This document shows, in pieces, positions 40,301-53,630 of a stretch of DNA of 64,000 nucleotides. The stretch is taken from positions 20,720 through 84,719 of the forward strand of contig JAQGDQ010000879.1 in the NCBI GenBank assembly GCA_030141605.1. Direction: 5' to 3'. The translations under genes and the position numbers were made by a program. Origin of the DNA: Tubiluchus corallicola. Its lineage: Eukaryota > Animalia > Priapulida. Below the pieces are notes generated by a model. The model was not told the DNA's origin. It did not search any database and worked only from the letters and a program-made list of their open reading frames with translations. The first letter of the stretch is position 1. The number at the start of each line of letters is the position of its first letter.

Positions 40301-43289
40301 TTAGTTTGTAATTTTTGTACAGCTAACCGAGCCAGCGTGGGCTTCATCTAGTAGTATGGCGACTAGCGCATCCTTCGAGTAATGTACTGAAATTGGCGCA
40401 GTTCGAGTGCGATTCACAGAAAAATCCAACGCTGCAGCAACGTAACACTGAAACGTTGCGTGGTGTTGCCAGTTAAACAAAACAAGTATATAATTTGAAA
40501 ACTGATATTAAACAATACTTTTGTTGAGAAGTTATAAAATCATAAGCCCCGGGCAATTTGAGTAAAATAATGCTCAAAAAGTTAATAACTTGACGCTCAG
40601 ATGGGGTAAGTTGAGTAGGTAGGAAGGTAGAGAGAAAAGTAAGTCATTATAGGGCAGGGCAGGAACAATCAATTTAATGACTGAAGCACAAGAAAAGGAA
40701 ATTACAGCAGTGTATCAGATAAGAGTTCGATAGTCTCTAATGATTAGCGATCACGGTTGCAGCGACTATCAATTTTCTGTAATCATGTGAAGTACTCAAA
40801 TTGATTGGGCTTGTATTTAGGCAAGAGTTCTTGGAATCATTGCTAATGAATGGAGGAAGAGCGGTTTGCTGGAATGCATTAGATCAAAGTGGCTAGATTA
40901 AAGTGGATTCATGTATTTCTGAGACTGAATTCTTGCATTGTTCTCCAGGCAAATGGTTGTCTGCCATACTTTACGCAAAAGTCGCGTCTGCTATATTTCT
41001 TCTGAACTGAGAAAAAACATTGAAATTTAAACAGGTCAACAAAGTTGTGAAAACAGAACATAGAAAATATACTACAGCTATATTATAACTCATTGTCATT
41101 TGTCAATTTTGAATACTGCAGCACGATGACATTCTCTGTATTATTTATTCCCCTCTACGTTCTAGAGCGCAAGTTGGTAATTTATATAAAATTTTGTACA
41201 TTACTAAAACTAATGACATACATGTGCTTAAAATTTGAATGCTTTGAGTATAATTGTCAAAATATTTTCTAACAAAAACTTGTTGTTTAACGATTTTTTC
41301 TTTCTGTTGAAATCTTCATGTACTATTTAACTAGGCACTTTAATAATCATCTAATGAAACGTGCGTATTCAAATAATTTATTAAATGAACTGGGTGACAT
41401 TTTCCCAATGACAGCAAACACGCCAGAAGACAATAACTTTTTAGAATTAAAATAAAAAGGTCTAATCAGTAGAAATTAAATGCAATCTAGTAATCTGTAC
41501 GTTATATATGTGTAAAATGTTTAATTTTATAATCAGTGCTTTGTTTCAATATGCACAAGCGCATGTTTGTCTATACCCGTTATCTATTAACTAACCTTTG
41601 ATAGTTTAATAGTTTAGTGTCAATTCGCGAGTTTTAGGTCTTTCGACTTCAGTGTGCTTCATGAATGTCACAAAAGTATTTTAACGCTTTATTTTTTTCA
41701 TTATAATACTGCTACACTAGCATAGCATGACTTACATACGCTATGCGAAAAAAACGTGATTTATCTTTTGATTGCGAATGACTAAGGAAGGAAACAATCG
41801 TTAACAAGGTACCTGTAACGATGTATAGATAATCATCTAAGATGGATAATTTAAATTGATACAAAATATACGCGAAGTCCCCTCGCTCCATGGGACTTCT
41901 GTGCTTATAAAAACACAATCTTCTCAAACAGTTAATAAAATGTGAAGACAAACGATAACTTACCCAAGTTTCTAAACGCCATACATAGGATAGACATTAA
42001 AGATGGCTTCCCAGCGCAGGAGAAAAACGATGCCTATTGAGTTAAAAATATTTTTAAGTTCGATTAAAACAGATTTGGCCAAGTGAACCGGTTAATTGGT
42101 TAAAAAATTATACATATTTATATGATTAAAATCTTTTAAGCAGTTGAAAGCTAACTAAATTGGTTTTACAGGTCTTGAGTAGGACCTGTAACGACCATAC
42201 TCACACTGAATATGCATGGGAGAAGTGGGTAATTTGTCACTGCTGCGTCCCGCCCAACGGCGCTGTGATCGTACTGTGATCGGGATATATTTTTTTCACA
42301 CAGGTCCAATCCCGCATCACGAACGAACTACTCAAGTCTGAAAAATTGCAGACGACTATAGGTCGAGGTTTTATCACTTAAGTTTGAAAAAATTAACAAA
42401 AAAACTTGCACAAAAGCTGTCTATAAACCATAAAGTTAATTTATACTACCGCTGCACATAAATTTTCATGCGCGATGGTAGCCCTCCGTTCACTTGAAAA
42501 TCGTGACGTAACTGGTGGACTTCGTGACCTTCCATAAGCGCGCACTTCTTAAACTAATTCAATTAGTTTTTAGTAATTCGATTTTACCTATTACACGAAA
42601 CACTCATCACACTCTTATTACTAAATCCTCCTAACATTTTCCGTGGACATTGAAATAAGCCCAGCTTCCCAGAAGGCTTGACCTTTCCTTTAACCAATTA
42701 TGGCAGTTCATTAGATAAGTGAAATTTCAACTCGACCAGCCTTGGCGTAGACAAAAAGCACGAGTTAAGCAAATGTAAAAGTAAAACAAATAAACTTGTT
42801 CATTCTTGCACTACAGTAACATCTCTGTTAATTAGTTGTAAATTAACAAAACGAAAAAAACAGTTCAAATATTTCATTCCAGTCTCCACTTTACAGTACT
42901 TAACTGACAAAAACTAATTATGTTTACTTAGTAAACTATGATCATCAGTAGCAGAAATGGTTTCATGAAGAACTGGAAAATCAATCCTGGTTTTTTTTCA
43001 TTTAATGTTGTTGTTTTCGAGGAATGCGTTTGTAAAGGCTTTTCTTACTAATGTAGTACTTTTTATCTATGTTTTCACTGATCGAATTACATCTAATCTC
43101 CAGTGTAATGACTAATGAGTTATCCATTCATGGAACTGGATGTATGCGTGTGAAACGCTGGAAATTTTCAGGTCGATTTTGTTATTCTTTACTCGAATAC
43201 AAACATGATTCTGTTCAGATGACGTAGCTCAGCGATTTTTTGCCAAACAGCCACATTTTCTCCTAACTATATTATATTATTTGCTTCAG

Positions 43290-43343
43290 TGTTGCAGCCA
43301 TTAGCGGTTGTGAAGAAGCAACAGAGGAGAAGACATCAAACAG
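43290..43343 (+). CDS. BAIAP3: Candidate 54-nt symmetric cassette exon (VAAISGCEEATEEKTSN in phase 2/2)
   Basis: Acceptor tattatttgcttcAG, purine-rich body, donor CAG|GTGAAT; open in the frame required between V1-V4 and exon 51788. Confidence 0.5.
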
Positions 43344-45853
43344 GTGAATGGAGTTGTAATGAACACGCGTGATGTTACATAGGTGTTTGTGATGTTGTTA
43401 CGATACATACAAATTATAAATTAATTTATACGTATAATATAAATTAATACAGGAGCATTTTACATTTTGTTCAACTATGCGCTTCGTTTTATGTGAATAT
43501 TTCTTTAAACAAAATAGAAAACGATTAATGCATCTACTTAATGTATCAGTCTAGCTGCTTTATAAAGGCCGAATATAAAATGTATAAACTGACCTCAATA
43601 TACCTGATTCTCATTTTATATTACACCTGTTACTCACGTCGTGTGATTAATCAATCGTGTGCGTGTGCGTGCGTGTGCGTGTGCGTATTTTACAAATCCT
43701 ACTCACAACGAGAGCACCTTTTGCAGTGAGGCTGTATGGACGCGATCATTCTAATTATTAATAACTGTATCAACGTTATAACTGTGGTCACCGAGCAACT
43801 TATATACGCAGTTATTGATATACGATATCACGATCGCATTTACCTGATTGCGCTCTGTCTACTACGTATTGTTGCCAAGTGATATGATAAATACATCAAG
43901 TGCTGTTCTGAGGTGTCTTTGAAACACAACCGAACTGTCAAAAAACTGCTACCTAGTTCTCATTTTTCTTTTTATGACAATCTCTCTCCGTTCTTCTCTA
44001 AGCTTTATGTGAAAAGGGAGAATGCTGTTTCGCCAGGGAAATTGTCTAAAGCGACGAGTATGAGCTGACGACTCGAATTTGACTAATGGAACGAGGATGT
44101 CATTACGATGCACCAAGGAATTGCATCTCGTAAACGTGCAGTGAAGCCAGAATTCATTTGTAACGGTCCGTTTAACATAAAAATGCTGCGAATTTAAACA
44201 AACTGTCGTGAATTCTTTGGACTGATTGTTTGTAAACCTGTCGTGTACGTGTGTTAGAATGCCAATTTGTAATGAATACCTAAACAAACCTATAAAGTGC
44301 AGTATGTGAAAATTTATCGTAATTGCACCTGGCATGTCCAGTGAGGGAAATTAAACTGTACATAATGCATATGAGATTCATTAATGGAACACTGTGTTAT
44401 GAATGCAGGTGATAAAGGTTACGTTGTGTTTGGCGAATGCTACAAATTTTTTGAGAGAAAATTGTTTTAAGTGTTAGTGTTACACTGGAACGCATTTCCA
44501 TAATACAGACTTTAGAATAATACAGAATTAATGTTTTACTGCTGTGCTGTTCAATGATGAGTTGTTGGATTTTCAAAAGGCTGACTTTAAGTTATTGTGC
44601 TTGTCAAATATGCCTTTCTTCTTACTCGAGTCTCGTCAAACCTTTAAATAATTCAATGTGCGAAGCTCTGTTTGCCGTAACTTTTCCCTAGCAGCTCTGT
44701 ATTGACAAATAAGAACCTGCCATTATAACAGTGCCCATACAGAACAAAAATTTAACCTTTTCTAAAGCAAAATGTTGTGAAATCAATATCGGTGCTATAT
44801 ATGGCAGGCTACATTTGCTGCAAATGTAGTTAATACAGATTTGTGAAAATAAGTTTGTTGGAGAAGACAGGTAAAAGCGCTTGATGTTTTTCAACCTAAC
44901 ATGGCCTGATCGATGACAGTGCTTCTCGGGTTTTTCGAACAAGATCAACATGTATAGAAAAACAAGCAGAGTTACATACAGTGAAGGGTATAACAATTGT
45001 TTTCTTTATATTTTTTGGTAATTATAAGAGCTCCCATATACGCGTTCGTGCATTAGACTTTAGAGTGATGCTTTCAATTAAAATTTTTTCTTGTCAAATG
45101 AGATTGAGAATTTTTAGATCCGAATTATTTTTAACTTTGCGTAGAAATTCTCTGAAATGATGAAATTGATTGTTTTTTGTAAAACGCACATCGTTTTCAA
45201 ATTTGGGTAAAATTTTGTAAAACTATGAAATTTTTAACAGTATGTCTATCATCTGACACATTTTTGTCTTGCACGAAACTCACGTACGTAATTATAATCA
45301 TGATGCATATAACTGCGTTGATGCCTTTTCAACTCGTTAAACGAGCACCTGCCTCACTGAACTGATTAATGTTGACGTGTCTCGGTTTGCAGTTCGTAAT
45401 TGTATGCAGTTTTGTTAAATTAGGCAGTTTATGTTTCCAGACATTAATGTTTTCCGCGCTAGCATCATATTTAAATATGTAGCGCTCTAGGGAGAAATTG
45501 TTCTAGGGGCTGTCTCAAAATAGGCAACATGCGAAAAACTTCTCCAGGCTTATTGCACCTGCTGCGTTCTCACATTAAATTCGTCGTCGTAGTTATGCTA
45601 CTTGTAGCTAAAGCAAGTAATAACTGTGCACAAAAGCTCAAATAGCGAAAGAATGACTATATACTACGGGTGCGTGACATGTATTTCATGGACTTTAATT
45701 AAAGGTAATTAAACTAGAAACTAGACTAATTCAACCGTCTGTTACTATTTGTATTTCAATTCCTATAGAAGTAAAAATCAGATAGTGCTCATTGGTTTAA
45801 TTACTAAATTCCTTCAAACCTGGCAACATACTACGGGAACTTAATGCCAACTA

Positions 45854-45909
45854 GCTGCTTCGAACCTAAGCTCAAGGAATAGTCAGGCCAGGTCTCACAT
45901 CATTAGCTA
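45854..45909 (-). mobile_element. Possible degenerate tRNA-derived SINE head
   Basis: Minus strand reads TAGCTAATGATG (A-box-like) ... GGTTCGAAGC (B-box-like) at tRNA-like spacing; no cloverleaf seen. Confidence 0.3.
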
Positions 45910-46480
45910 ATAGGGAAGCAAGGGGAGCAACTCCTCCCCTAAGTACATTTCAAAATTGGTGCCTTTTCAACAATTCTTTCTTCATTTGTGCGGTAAAAGT
46001 TGAATCTTTTTTCTTTTTTAATTGCATGTTCCTGGAAGAATTGTCTGGATTCATTACTTTATTTTGACCAACCTGCCTCCCGTGTTTTTGAAGTAGCGTG
46101 CATTCACACAACTCGTCTGTCAAGGTTGACTGATTGAACCAAAAATCAAATTGCTCCAAATCTAATTATTATAACACACACTTGTACTGCCATTGCTGTC
46201 TGTTGTGGCATCGCTGAGAAGCGTATAGACCAATGTCTTCGCATGAAGTCACTATACATATATATGTGGGCAAACATTTATTTCGGTTGATATATTGCGA
46301 CATGCTTGGTAACATTACCATAGTAGATTTAAGCAACGTGATCAAGTTGATTCACATTTTGCTACCGTTTGCGAGACTTCTGATCTTTTGGGCAGAAAAG
46401 TAATGCGTGCAGGTCTTATCCGGACCTATCTCATTCCAAGTACGGTAATTATAGGTTCATCCACATCCATAGCACATTTG

Positions 46481-46556
46481 ACACACACACGCACGCACAC
46501 GCGCGCGCGCACACACGCACACACATATACACACAAGCAAACACACATTTACACAC
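46481..46556. repeat. Degenerate (CA)n/(CG)n microsatellite
   Basis: Alternating purine-pyrimidine tract. Confidence 0.85.
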
Positions 46557-48727
46557 AGTCAGTAAACACACTTAAGCGCACACAAACAGACGCATAAAAC
46601 ACATGCGTCTAAACGCCGTACCCCATGTCCTTACCCTCGATGTGGGTAACAACAATCGAGTGTCCACTGTCTTAAATCTTTACTACTCGGTTTCGAAATT
46701 TATCTTTAGCAGTTTGAAGTCATGACCACTAGCTGATGTTGTCCTCAGATTCAATACTCGACTGGTTGAAAGGCTGTGGGTTCGCATTTTTCATGCTTGA
46801 GCTCAGTTGTATTTCTAATGAAAACGGTTTTTCAAGGCAGTAATGAAATTAATATTCAATAACATTAACCCTAACATAATAGCATTAAGTTTTGTCGCAG
46901 ATTAAAGCATTTTATATTTTGCTTTGTATTTACGTTACTTTACGTAAAAATAAGCCTTTTAAATGTTTTGAACCTATGAATCCTTAAGACATATCCAACT
47001 CTGTACATATTAAAAATTAATATTACCTTTTGCTCGTTAACTGGTAATGTTTGCAGCAGGCGTCAGGTGATTTTTAACTTCATTATAACCTAAATGCCTT
47101 GAGTAAGGAAATTTCGAGTGGAAGGATGTAGTCCTATTTCCGGGAGCTTAAAGATGTTGATTTATTTTGAAATGCAGACACGGGAATAAGAAGCTCCACT
47201 AGACAGTGATAGCAGGAAATCCGTACAGGAAGTGCGTCCAAGTCGATGTTGCTTGTCTGTTTGCTTAAACTAATTGTATATCTGGGTCTTTTATCAAAAT
47301 TACCAAAGAAAACTGAAACACGTTAGTTGATATTTGCAAATTTTAAAACTTGACATCGTATACATATAAACTAACAAACAGTATTTTATACGATGACAAC
47401 TGTTGGAATTTGCAATCAGTTAACGGGTTTCAGTTTTCAGAATACGTTGCATTTTAAGTTACCTAATAATGAAATGCATCGTTGCGTGTCTGTTTGCTGT
47501 TTCCATTCTGGCTTCATACTATGCACAGTTGTAAATCAATATGTATAGGTATAACAATATACATATATAGGTAAAGGACTTAAATTAACACTGCTTTTAG
47601 CAACACTCTCACGACCACGCTAGTACAGTATTTAATCATTTTAAAGCTTCATTTGTAAATTTGTAATACAGCAATTAGTATGTACTATAAATTATAAAGA
47701 AACCGAGAATTATTTGTTGTATTACTAAAACTGTTAAAAATTTTGGAGCAAATAGTTTTTTTAAAAATTCTGTTTAAATTTGACCGACTAAGTTGCATTT
47801 ACTAATTCTCTAATTTGTTTTAAACTCGGATTAAAATACAAGAAAACAGAATCGGTCACAGTTGTTTTCGTTTTTTATTATTTCTTAGCCAGAATAAATT
47901 TTAGAAAATTTATCAGTTAAATGATAGTTTACCTTTTAAGGCTAACTTGATACTTCATGCTAAGCTTAAGGGAATTTCATCACTTCTGACTTACTTGCAT
48001 TCTAGCTATTCGTATTTTAGGCTTCAAGCCCAATGAAACCAATTACCAGTTGTCTCCACATATAAATGACGCCAGCGTACAGTTTTCCTAAAGGGATTTT
48101 CGTGAGCTAAGATCAGAAGATTTGTCACAATGGCAGTTTATAGTCAAATGATAAGCTAAGCCAGCTGAATTGTTACAGTATTCGTTGGTTATCGCACTGT
48201 ATGTAAGTAGGCCAACAATCTCCCGTAAACAAGTCTTTGAATATCCTTCACTATAACACTGTGTTAAGGGTTAAGCTGTACAAGTAATCTGAACTATTGC
48301 ACAGTTTTGCACCCCTTCTCTTTTGCACGCCCCTCACGACCACTTTTATATAGAATAATAAAAAACGCGTATTTAAGATTGCTCTATACGCATATTGATT
48401 TATTCATTTATCCCGCTAAAGTAAAGGATAGGTACATGATAAAGACAGTGCATACTTCCAGCAGTGTGTCTTGAAGAGCGAATGCAAGTCAAGAGAACAC
48501 AAAAATACTGCATGCTTACATAAAGGCATAAAGACTGAAACAAAAAGCGGCACAAAACGTTAAATGCTATGCTGAGCTGCACTTAATTATTCAATTTTCC
48601 TACTGCGATGTAAGCTTCATTTTTCTTCAAGCAAACCAAACACGTATGACACAGCAAAATAACAAGTTTTTGTCTTCGACCCAATGAAGAATCCCTTACA
48701 GCATGACAACCACGAGTTTACGCTTAT

Positions 48728-49343
48728 AGGAAAACCACACCCTATCTTAAACTGCACGTCAAAACAATATACTCCTTAAAATATTGAAATAAAACATTCA
48801 ATTTTTGAAGAATGACTTGTGTGAAAGAATTATTACCACACAAAAGTAATTTCGTGTTCCAGTGGCTAGTTCTTCGCTGTTACATGCATTTCGCCATTCC
48901 TAGTTAGATGGACATTAGCGCTTGCATTTCGGAAACGCGTTGCATAAAAAACGGGTGCTGTACCTCCCAGTTCAGAGGTGTTTGTTTGTGATGTAACACA
49001 CAAGTTCGAGAGCTTATGCGTGAGCACAGCAGTAAATTTAAAATTTGGGTTTTAATCTTAAAATTTGTCGAGTTTTTCTATGTTACATTGAATGTTGTAC
49101 AACAGCATTGTACTTCAATTTGCGCTTTCGCAAACAGGTTCAACACGCTCGTGGAATGTTTGTGATGTTGAAAATTATGTTAGTTTGTCGCCATCACTAA
49201 CTTGGCTCCCCCGCCCTTATTTAAGTTTTTAACCTATAATTTAATTAGCAGAAAATCCTTAGCAGTATTATTGATGTTAAAAAGTATATTTTTTTACTGT
49301 ACTTCAAAATGGGACAGGATATGAAAAATCATCCTGTTTTCCT
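48728..49343. mobile_element. Kolobok-like MITE, copy 2
   Basis: Termini AGGAAAAC / GTTTTCCT, flanks TTAT / TTAA; colinear with 15296-15875. Confidence 0.7.
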
Positions 49344-50159
49344 TTAACAAAACATAGTATGTTTAGCAAGAGCGGTAAAAGATGGACTGCATACCCATAG
49401 AAAATCGGTTTTAGAAGGTAGTCTGGATGTTGATGATTCACGTTCGCACCACTTACCTTTTTTGTGAATGTGTTACAGAAGAAGGTGCGGCTTAAATGTT
49501 TCTAAGGATGTGATCAAGCATCACAATCTCTGGAGATTTTCTCACTATTCCACACATGAATTGTTGAAAATAGTTTTGAAGAAAAGCGCTTGCATTGATT
49601 AAATAATGAATGTGTTTCGCGTGTACAAGGTTTTGTAGACAGAGTAAGGTGAAAGACGTCCCAAGGATAAAAAAACGAAGCATTAGCACTGGCTGCTAAG
49701 TGAATCACCAGAAAAGTCAATATTATGTCGTAACGCGTGGTTGTTCTGAGGTTTCTGAAGAACAGAAATTGTATATATAATTTGCTGAAGATATAAGGTA
49801 TGTATTGATGTTCATCTTGAACCAAATGACGACATTACGACGTCAAAGCTTTCAGAGATGCAGGTTACTGGTAGAAACTTCTACAGATAAGAAGCCGATG
49901 AGAAAAACTGAATTTAGAAGCAATTATTCTGCATCTAGGACAACCCAAGGTAAAAGCTTATGAGAAGAAGCAGAAAAACTGTCGACGACTGGCATTTAGG
50001 TGCCTCAGTGATGAGAGGACCTGAAAAAATACTTCCACTGAAGCAGTGGTAAAAAGGATGGAGCAACAGATCGTAGATGAACAAGCGACTACACAGTTGA
50101 CTCGAATTCAGACCAAACCAGAACAGCAGTGATTAGATAATTAACAGCAAAGGTTACAA

Positions 50160-50650
50160 GCATGTCAGTCCTTTATATACGTTTTTTGCCTTGTAAGATA
50201 TTTCTCCCATCTGAGATAGTAATATAAGTTGATCGAGTAGAAACACTCAGGCGATATAGATATCTTGGAAAATGTCCAAAGATATTTCACACGTAGAGTT
50301 TTCTGTAGATGTATCTTACCCCGAAAGACTTAAGTTACTAAGCTTAGAGTCTCTTAAAGAAAGACGTCTAATAGACGATTTAGTTATGTGTTATAATATC
50401 ATACACAAAGAAGTGGATTTAGATTCTGGCATGTTTTTTAGCCGGAATCATTCTCCAAAGTTATATGTGAGTCGTGTTTCCAAAACTAGTCTTGCTGATT
50501 TCTTCTCAAATCATGTAGTACCAATACGGAATTCCCTACTATGACATATAAACGGACATCTTTTGTTTGGTCACTGCAATGAATGGTAAAATAGTATTTT
50601 TGCTTATTTTGTTGTATTACTTTGCGGGTGTCAAATAAACTAAAGTAAAC
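50160..50650 (+). mobile_element. 5'-truncated CR1-group LINE relic (ORF2 C-terminus)
   Basis: YPERLKLLSLESLKERRLIDDLVMCYNII...FFSNHVVPIRNSL resembles the CR1/Jockey-group Y.ERL..L.L.SL..RR...DL..FFSNRVV..WN.L tail; AATAAA near 50635. Confidence 0.85.
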
Positions 50651-51787
50651 TTTCTGCGAATTGAATTATTGTCCATCACATGTTGTCAAACTTATCGTTT
50701 TATTTCGAGGAAAACGCGTGTACAAACTTTGCTGAGCAATAGCATTATAGCAGAAGCAGATTGGCTACGTACTTAAGTGTTTCGTTTGCCATTAAAGTTG
50801 TAAAACATCTGTAAGTTCCGTCGGGTTTCTATTAAGTTACACTATTTCATTACACTTCTAGCACGCAAATGCTATTTCTTTGGCCACAAAATAGAAAAAT
50901 TATTGCATTTGCGTGTACATTCTCATGTACTTCTACCTGTTAATCTTATCAACATACAGAATTACATGTAAGCTTAACACTTTAGAAAGGCCAATATCGC
51001 GCTTTTCGTCTCTTACTGAAAAAACGGCATATTTTGTAACTGAATAAAAGCTATTATAGAGCTAGCAAAATGTGTCAAAATAAAAGACAAAAAGGAATTC
51101 CGATAAATTTTGACTAACGCCGAGCATAAAATTTTGTGGAAGCTAGCATTGAATTGAGCAAGTGCAACTAGTACGTACATACTGGAATTTTATAAACGTA
51201 TTTCTTACAAGATAGTTATACAAATTCTGAAGTTAGTCGTTTGACTAAGTTGTTACTGCCCATATGGACTGAGTGCTAACATGAGTAATTAACTTTTTTT
51301 CGAAATACTAAATTTGAGACGCAGGATCAAAGATATTTAAACAAATAAATGCAAAGTTTTGGTCTCAAGACAGTCATTTCGAGTGATATTAATAATTACG
51401 GCGCCTTGAAATTTTGTGACAGTCGCTCATATACTTGTTATTAAATTTTTCACGAGCACTCTAGCTCCTGTAACTCAACTCAGGATTGCCATTACCATAA
51501 AGTCAAGACGTTTAGTTGCTTTCATCGAAAAATTTGTTAAAAATGTTACTGCTGTACATATAAGTATAGAACATTTCTGTGACGTTACACACCAATGATA
51601 CATGAATTGACGAATAGATGTTCTATTCGTTCGACTAGACGAATAAGAATCTTGTAATTTACTTTTACAACCTCACCGTTACCACTACCGTAACGTTGTC
51701 GAAGCTAATACTTGCCGTAGTTTCCTAACTTCAAGAAAAAAATAACGCGCAGTTTAATTATAAAGGTAAGAATTTTTTATTTTCCAG

Positions 51788-51875
51788 AGTCCAAGAAGCT
51801 GATGGCTGCTTCTTTGAGAGCTTTACCGCTTTGTCTTGGAAACAAGAAAATAGACGCTTACGAGCACAGAGCGAG
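51788..51875 (+). CDS. BAIAP3: BAIAP3/Munc13-4-like constant exon C1 (VQEADGCFFESFTALSWKQENRRLRAQSE)
   Basis: Acceptor ttttattttccAG, donor GAG|GTAAGA, phase 2 in / 0 out; motif recalled from invertebrate BAIAP3-like proteins (not searched). Confidence 0.85.
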
Positions 51876-52104
51876 GTAAGATACAGCCTTTGTAGAAGTA
51901 AGCTAATACGATTAGAAAAATATTACGTGAGCTAGTCATGCATTAATAGTGTTGTCTTTGTTGTTCAAACTACTAACTGAAGTTTCATTGCTCCCCTTAG
52001 TTATTAAAAAACCTGAAAATCAAAGAATCTGCTCTAGAACTGAGGCCATCATTGCTGCTTTAACAAAACAACGCTGCAACGTATAAGTCCTGAAACCTAT
52101 ACCG

Positions 52105-52211
52105 AGGCATTCAGACATAGATACTTCTCTCGCAACTTGTTGCGCAACTTCTCTCTGATGTTGCGCACGTTACAACAAGCTGCGAGAGAAATCTCTACGT
52201 CTGAACGCGCC
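52105..52211. mobile_element. Short palindromic MITE-like element
   Basis: GGCATTCAGACATAGATACTTCTCTCGCAACTTGTTG pairs imperfectly with CAACAAGCTGCGAGAGAAATCTCTACGTCTGAACGCGCC. Confidence 0.65.
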
Positions 52212-53336
52212 GTAAACTATAATGCAAGATAAAATCGACTGGCGCAACTGTATATACTTGCACTACGTTTGCCTTACTATAATGTAAGGGTCTCGAGTCT
52301 TAGCTGTTAGTACAGTTTTGTACAGTATTGTGTTGTAAGAAAATGGCATGTTAAGGTAAGAACAAAAAGAAATGAGTTGCGATAAACCTTTATTCCGCCT
52401 CATACATTAAAGACCTGCAAACATTTTGAAAAGGATTGCAATACTAAAATGTATGTACCTACAAGCCACAAAGTGCATTTGTCAAATTTAGATGTGGAAT
52501 TGCTCCTGTTATTTCAGAATATACGCTAATATTCCAGAAGATCAGAAGCTGTGCCATTTTTATGATCAATTAGCGGTTGAATCTGCAAATATGTTTTACT
52601 GTTCCCTGCCGTGATATTATTCGAACTTCTTGTTTTACTGTTCAAGCGCAAACACCAATAATTTTACTCATTTCAATTATCGCGAAACGTTATGTCAAAT
52701 ATTTCCCGTTTAAAGGAATGTGCCAAAACTGGCAACTCAATTTTAGAGTGAACAAAATCTAATGTTTACTCATGTAGCTCAATTTAATGAGTCGCTTTTT
52801 TGCTACTTAAACACCGTTCTTAGGATTTAATGATTTTTAATGCGCTGTAATGTGCCTCAACTCTGCAAACAGAATGGCTTTTATTTTACTGAAACTATGG
52901 GTTATAAAGTGTGGCAAAATAAACTGCTGGAAACAGACTATACTATATGACGCAAAATATTGTTATTATCTATTGAATATTATGAGGGACCCGCTTGAAG
53001 GTCTATAGATGGAATAACATCTTTCGTGTAATGAATATTAAACGACAACCAGCATTGTTTTTGTTATTGGCTGCTACGTCTTCTCTACATCTGTTGCAAC
53101 TGCAACAGCTTGTGTGCATCTGCATTGGTTTCAGTAGTTTTGTTTGTCAACGAATGATAGGGATTAGACTTGATGCATGTTATATTCTTAGATAATTTTC
53201 ATGGCTTAATTAATGTGTTGGAAAAAAGCAAGAATTAAAAACCTCCAGTGCATGGAACGAACCCTAAGTTTTGAAGTTAATAAAGCTTGAAGTTTTAATT
53301 GTGTTGTGATCAAATCTGTGAAGTGAAAAGTATAAG

Positions 53337-53630
53337 ATGTGGCGACTTTGCGCGAGTGGGAAAAGCTTTCAACTGAGAAGACGCAAGAAAAAGAACAAAC
53401 CCCTACCCGCACCGAAGATTTTACCAGACAGCGAAAGCTCGTCCGGATCCGAAAAATCGCCGACTAGTCCGTTATTTCCGACCGAAGGTGATGCTCTGGA
53501 AGTACAAGAAGTTTTTGAAAAAGTTAAGCTTAAATCAACTGAAGCATTGTATAGCTCGAATGACAAGGATAAGACGTATAAATACGATGCGAACGATAAG
53601 GGCTTTTTCAAATACAAACAACACAGCAAG
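53337..53630 (+). CDS. BAIAP3: Alternative first coding exon V5 (98 aa; MWRLCASGKSFQLRRRKKKNKPLPAPK...HSK)
   Basis: AAG-ATG start, coding-like composition, donor AAG|GTATCG in phase 0, compatible with exon 56616. Confidence 0.7.

Noticed and set aside
42190-42216. AACGACCATACTCACACTGAATA resembles the 5' end of 5S rRNA
   Set aside because: Similarity stops after about 25 nt and there are no internal A/C boxes
44950-44987. Possible further phase-2 first exon MYRKTSRVTYSEG (similar case near 44086)
   Set aside because: Very short with weak donors (GTATAA, GTAAAC); not distinguishable from chance
49850-50150. Possible RTE-type LINE relic (also 20150-20320)
   Set aside because: Only faint motif resemblance in broken frames; cannot be supported without a search
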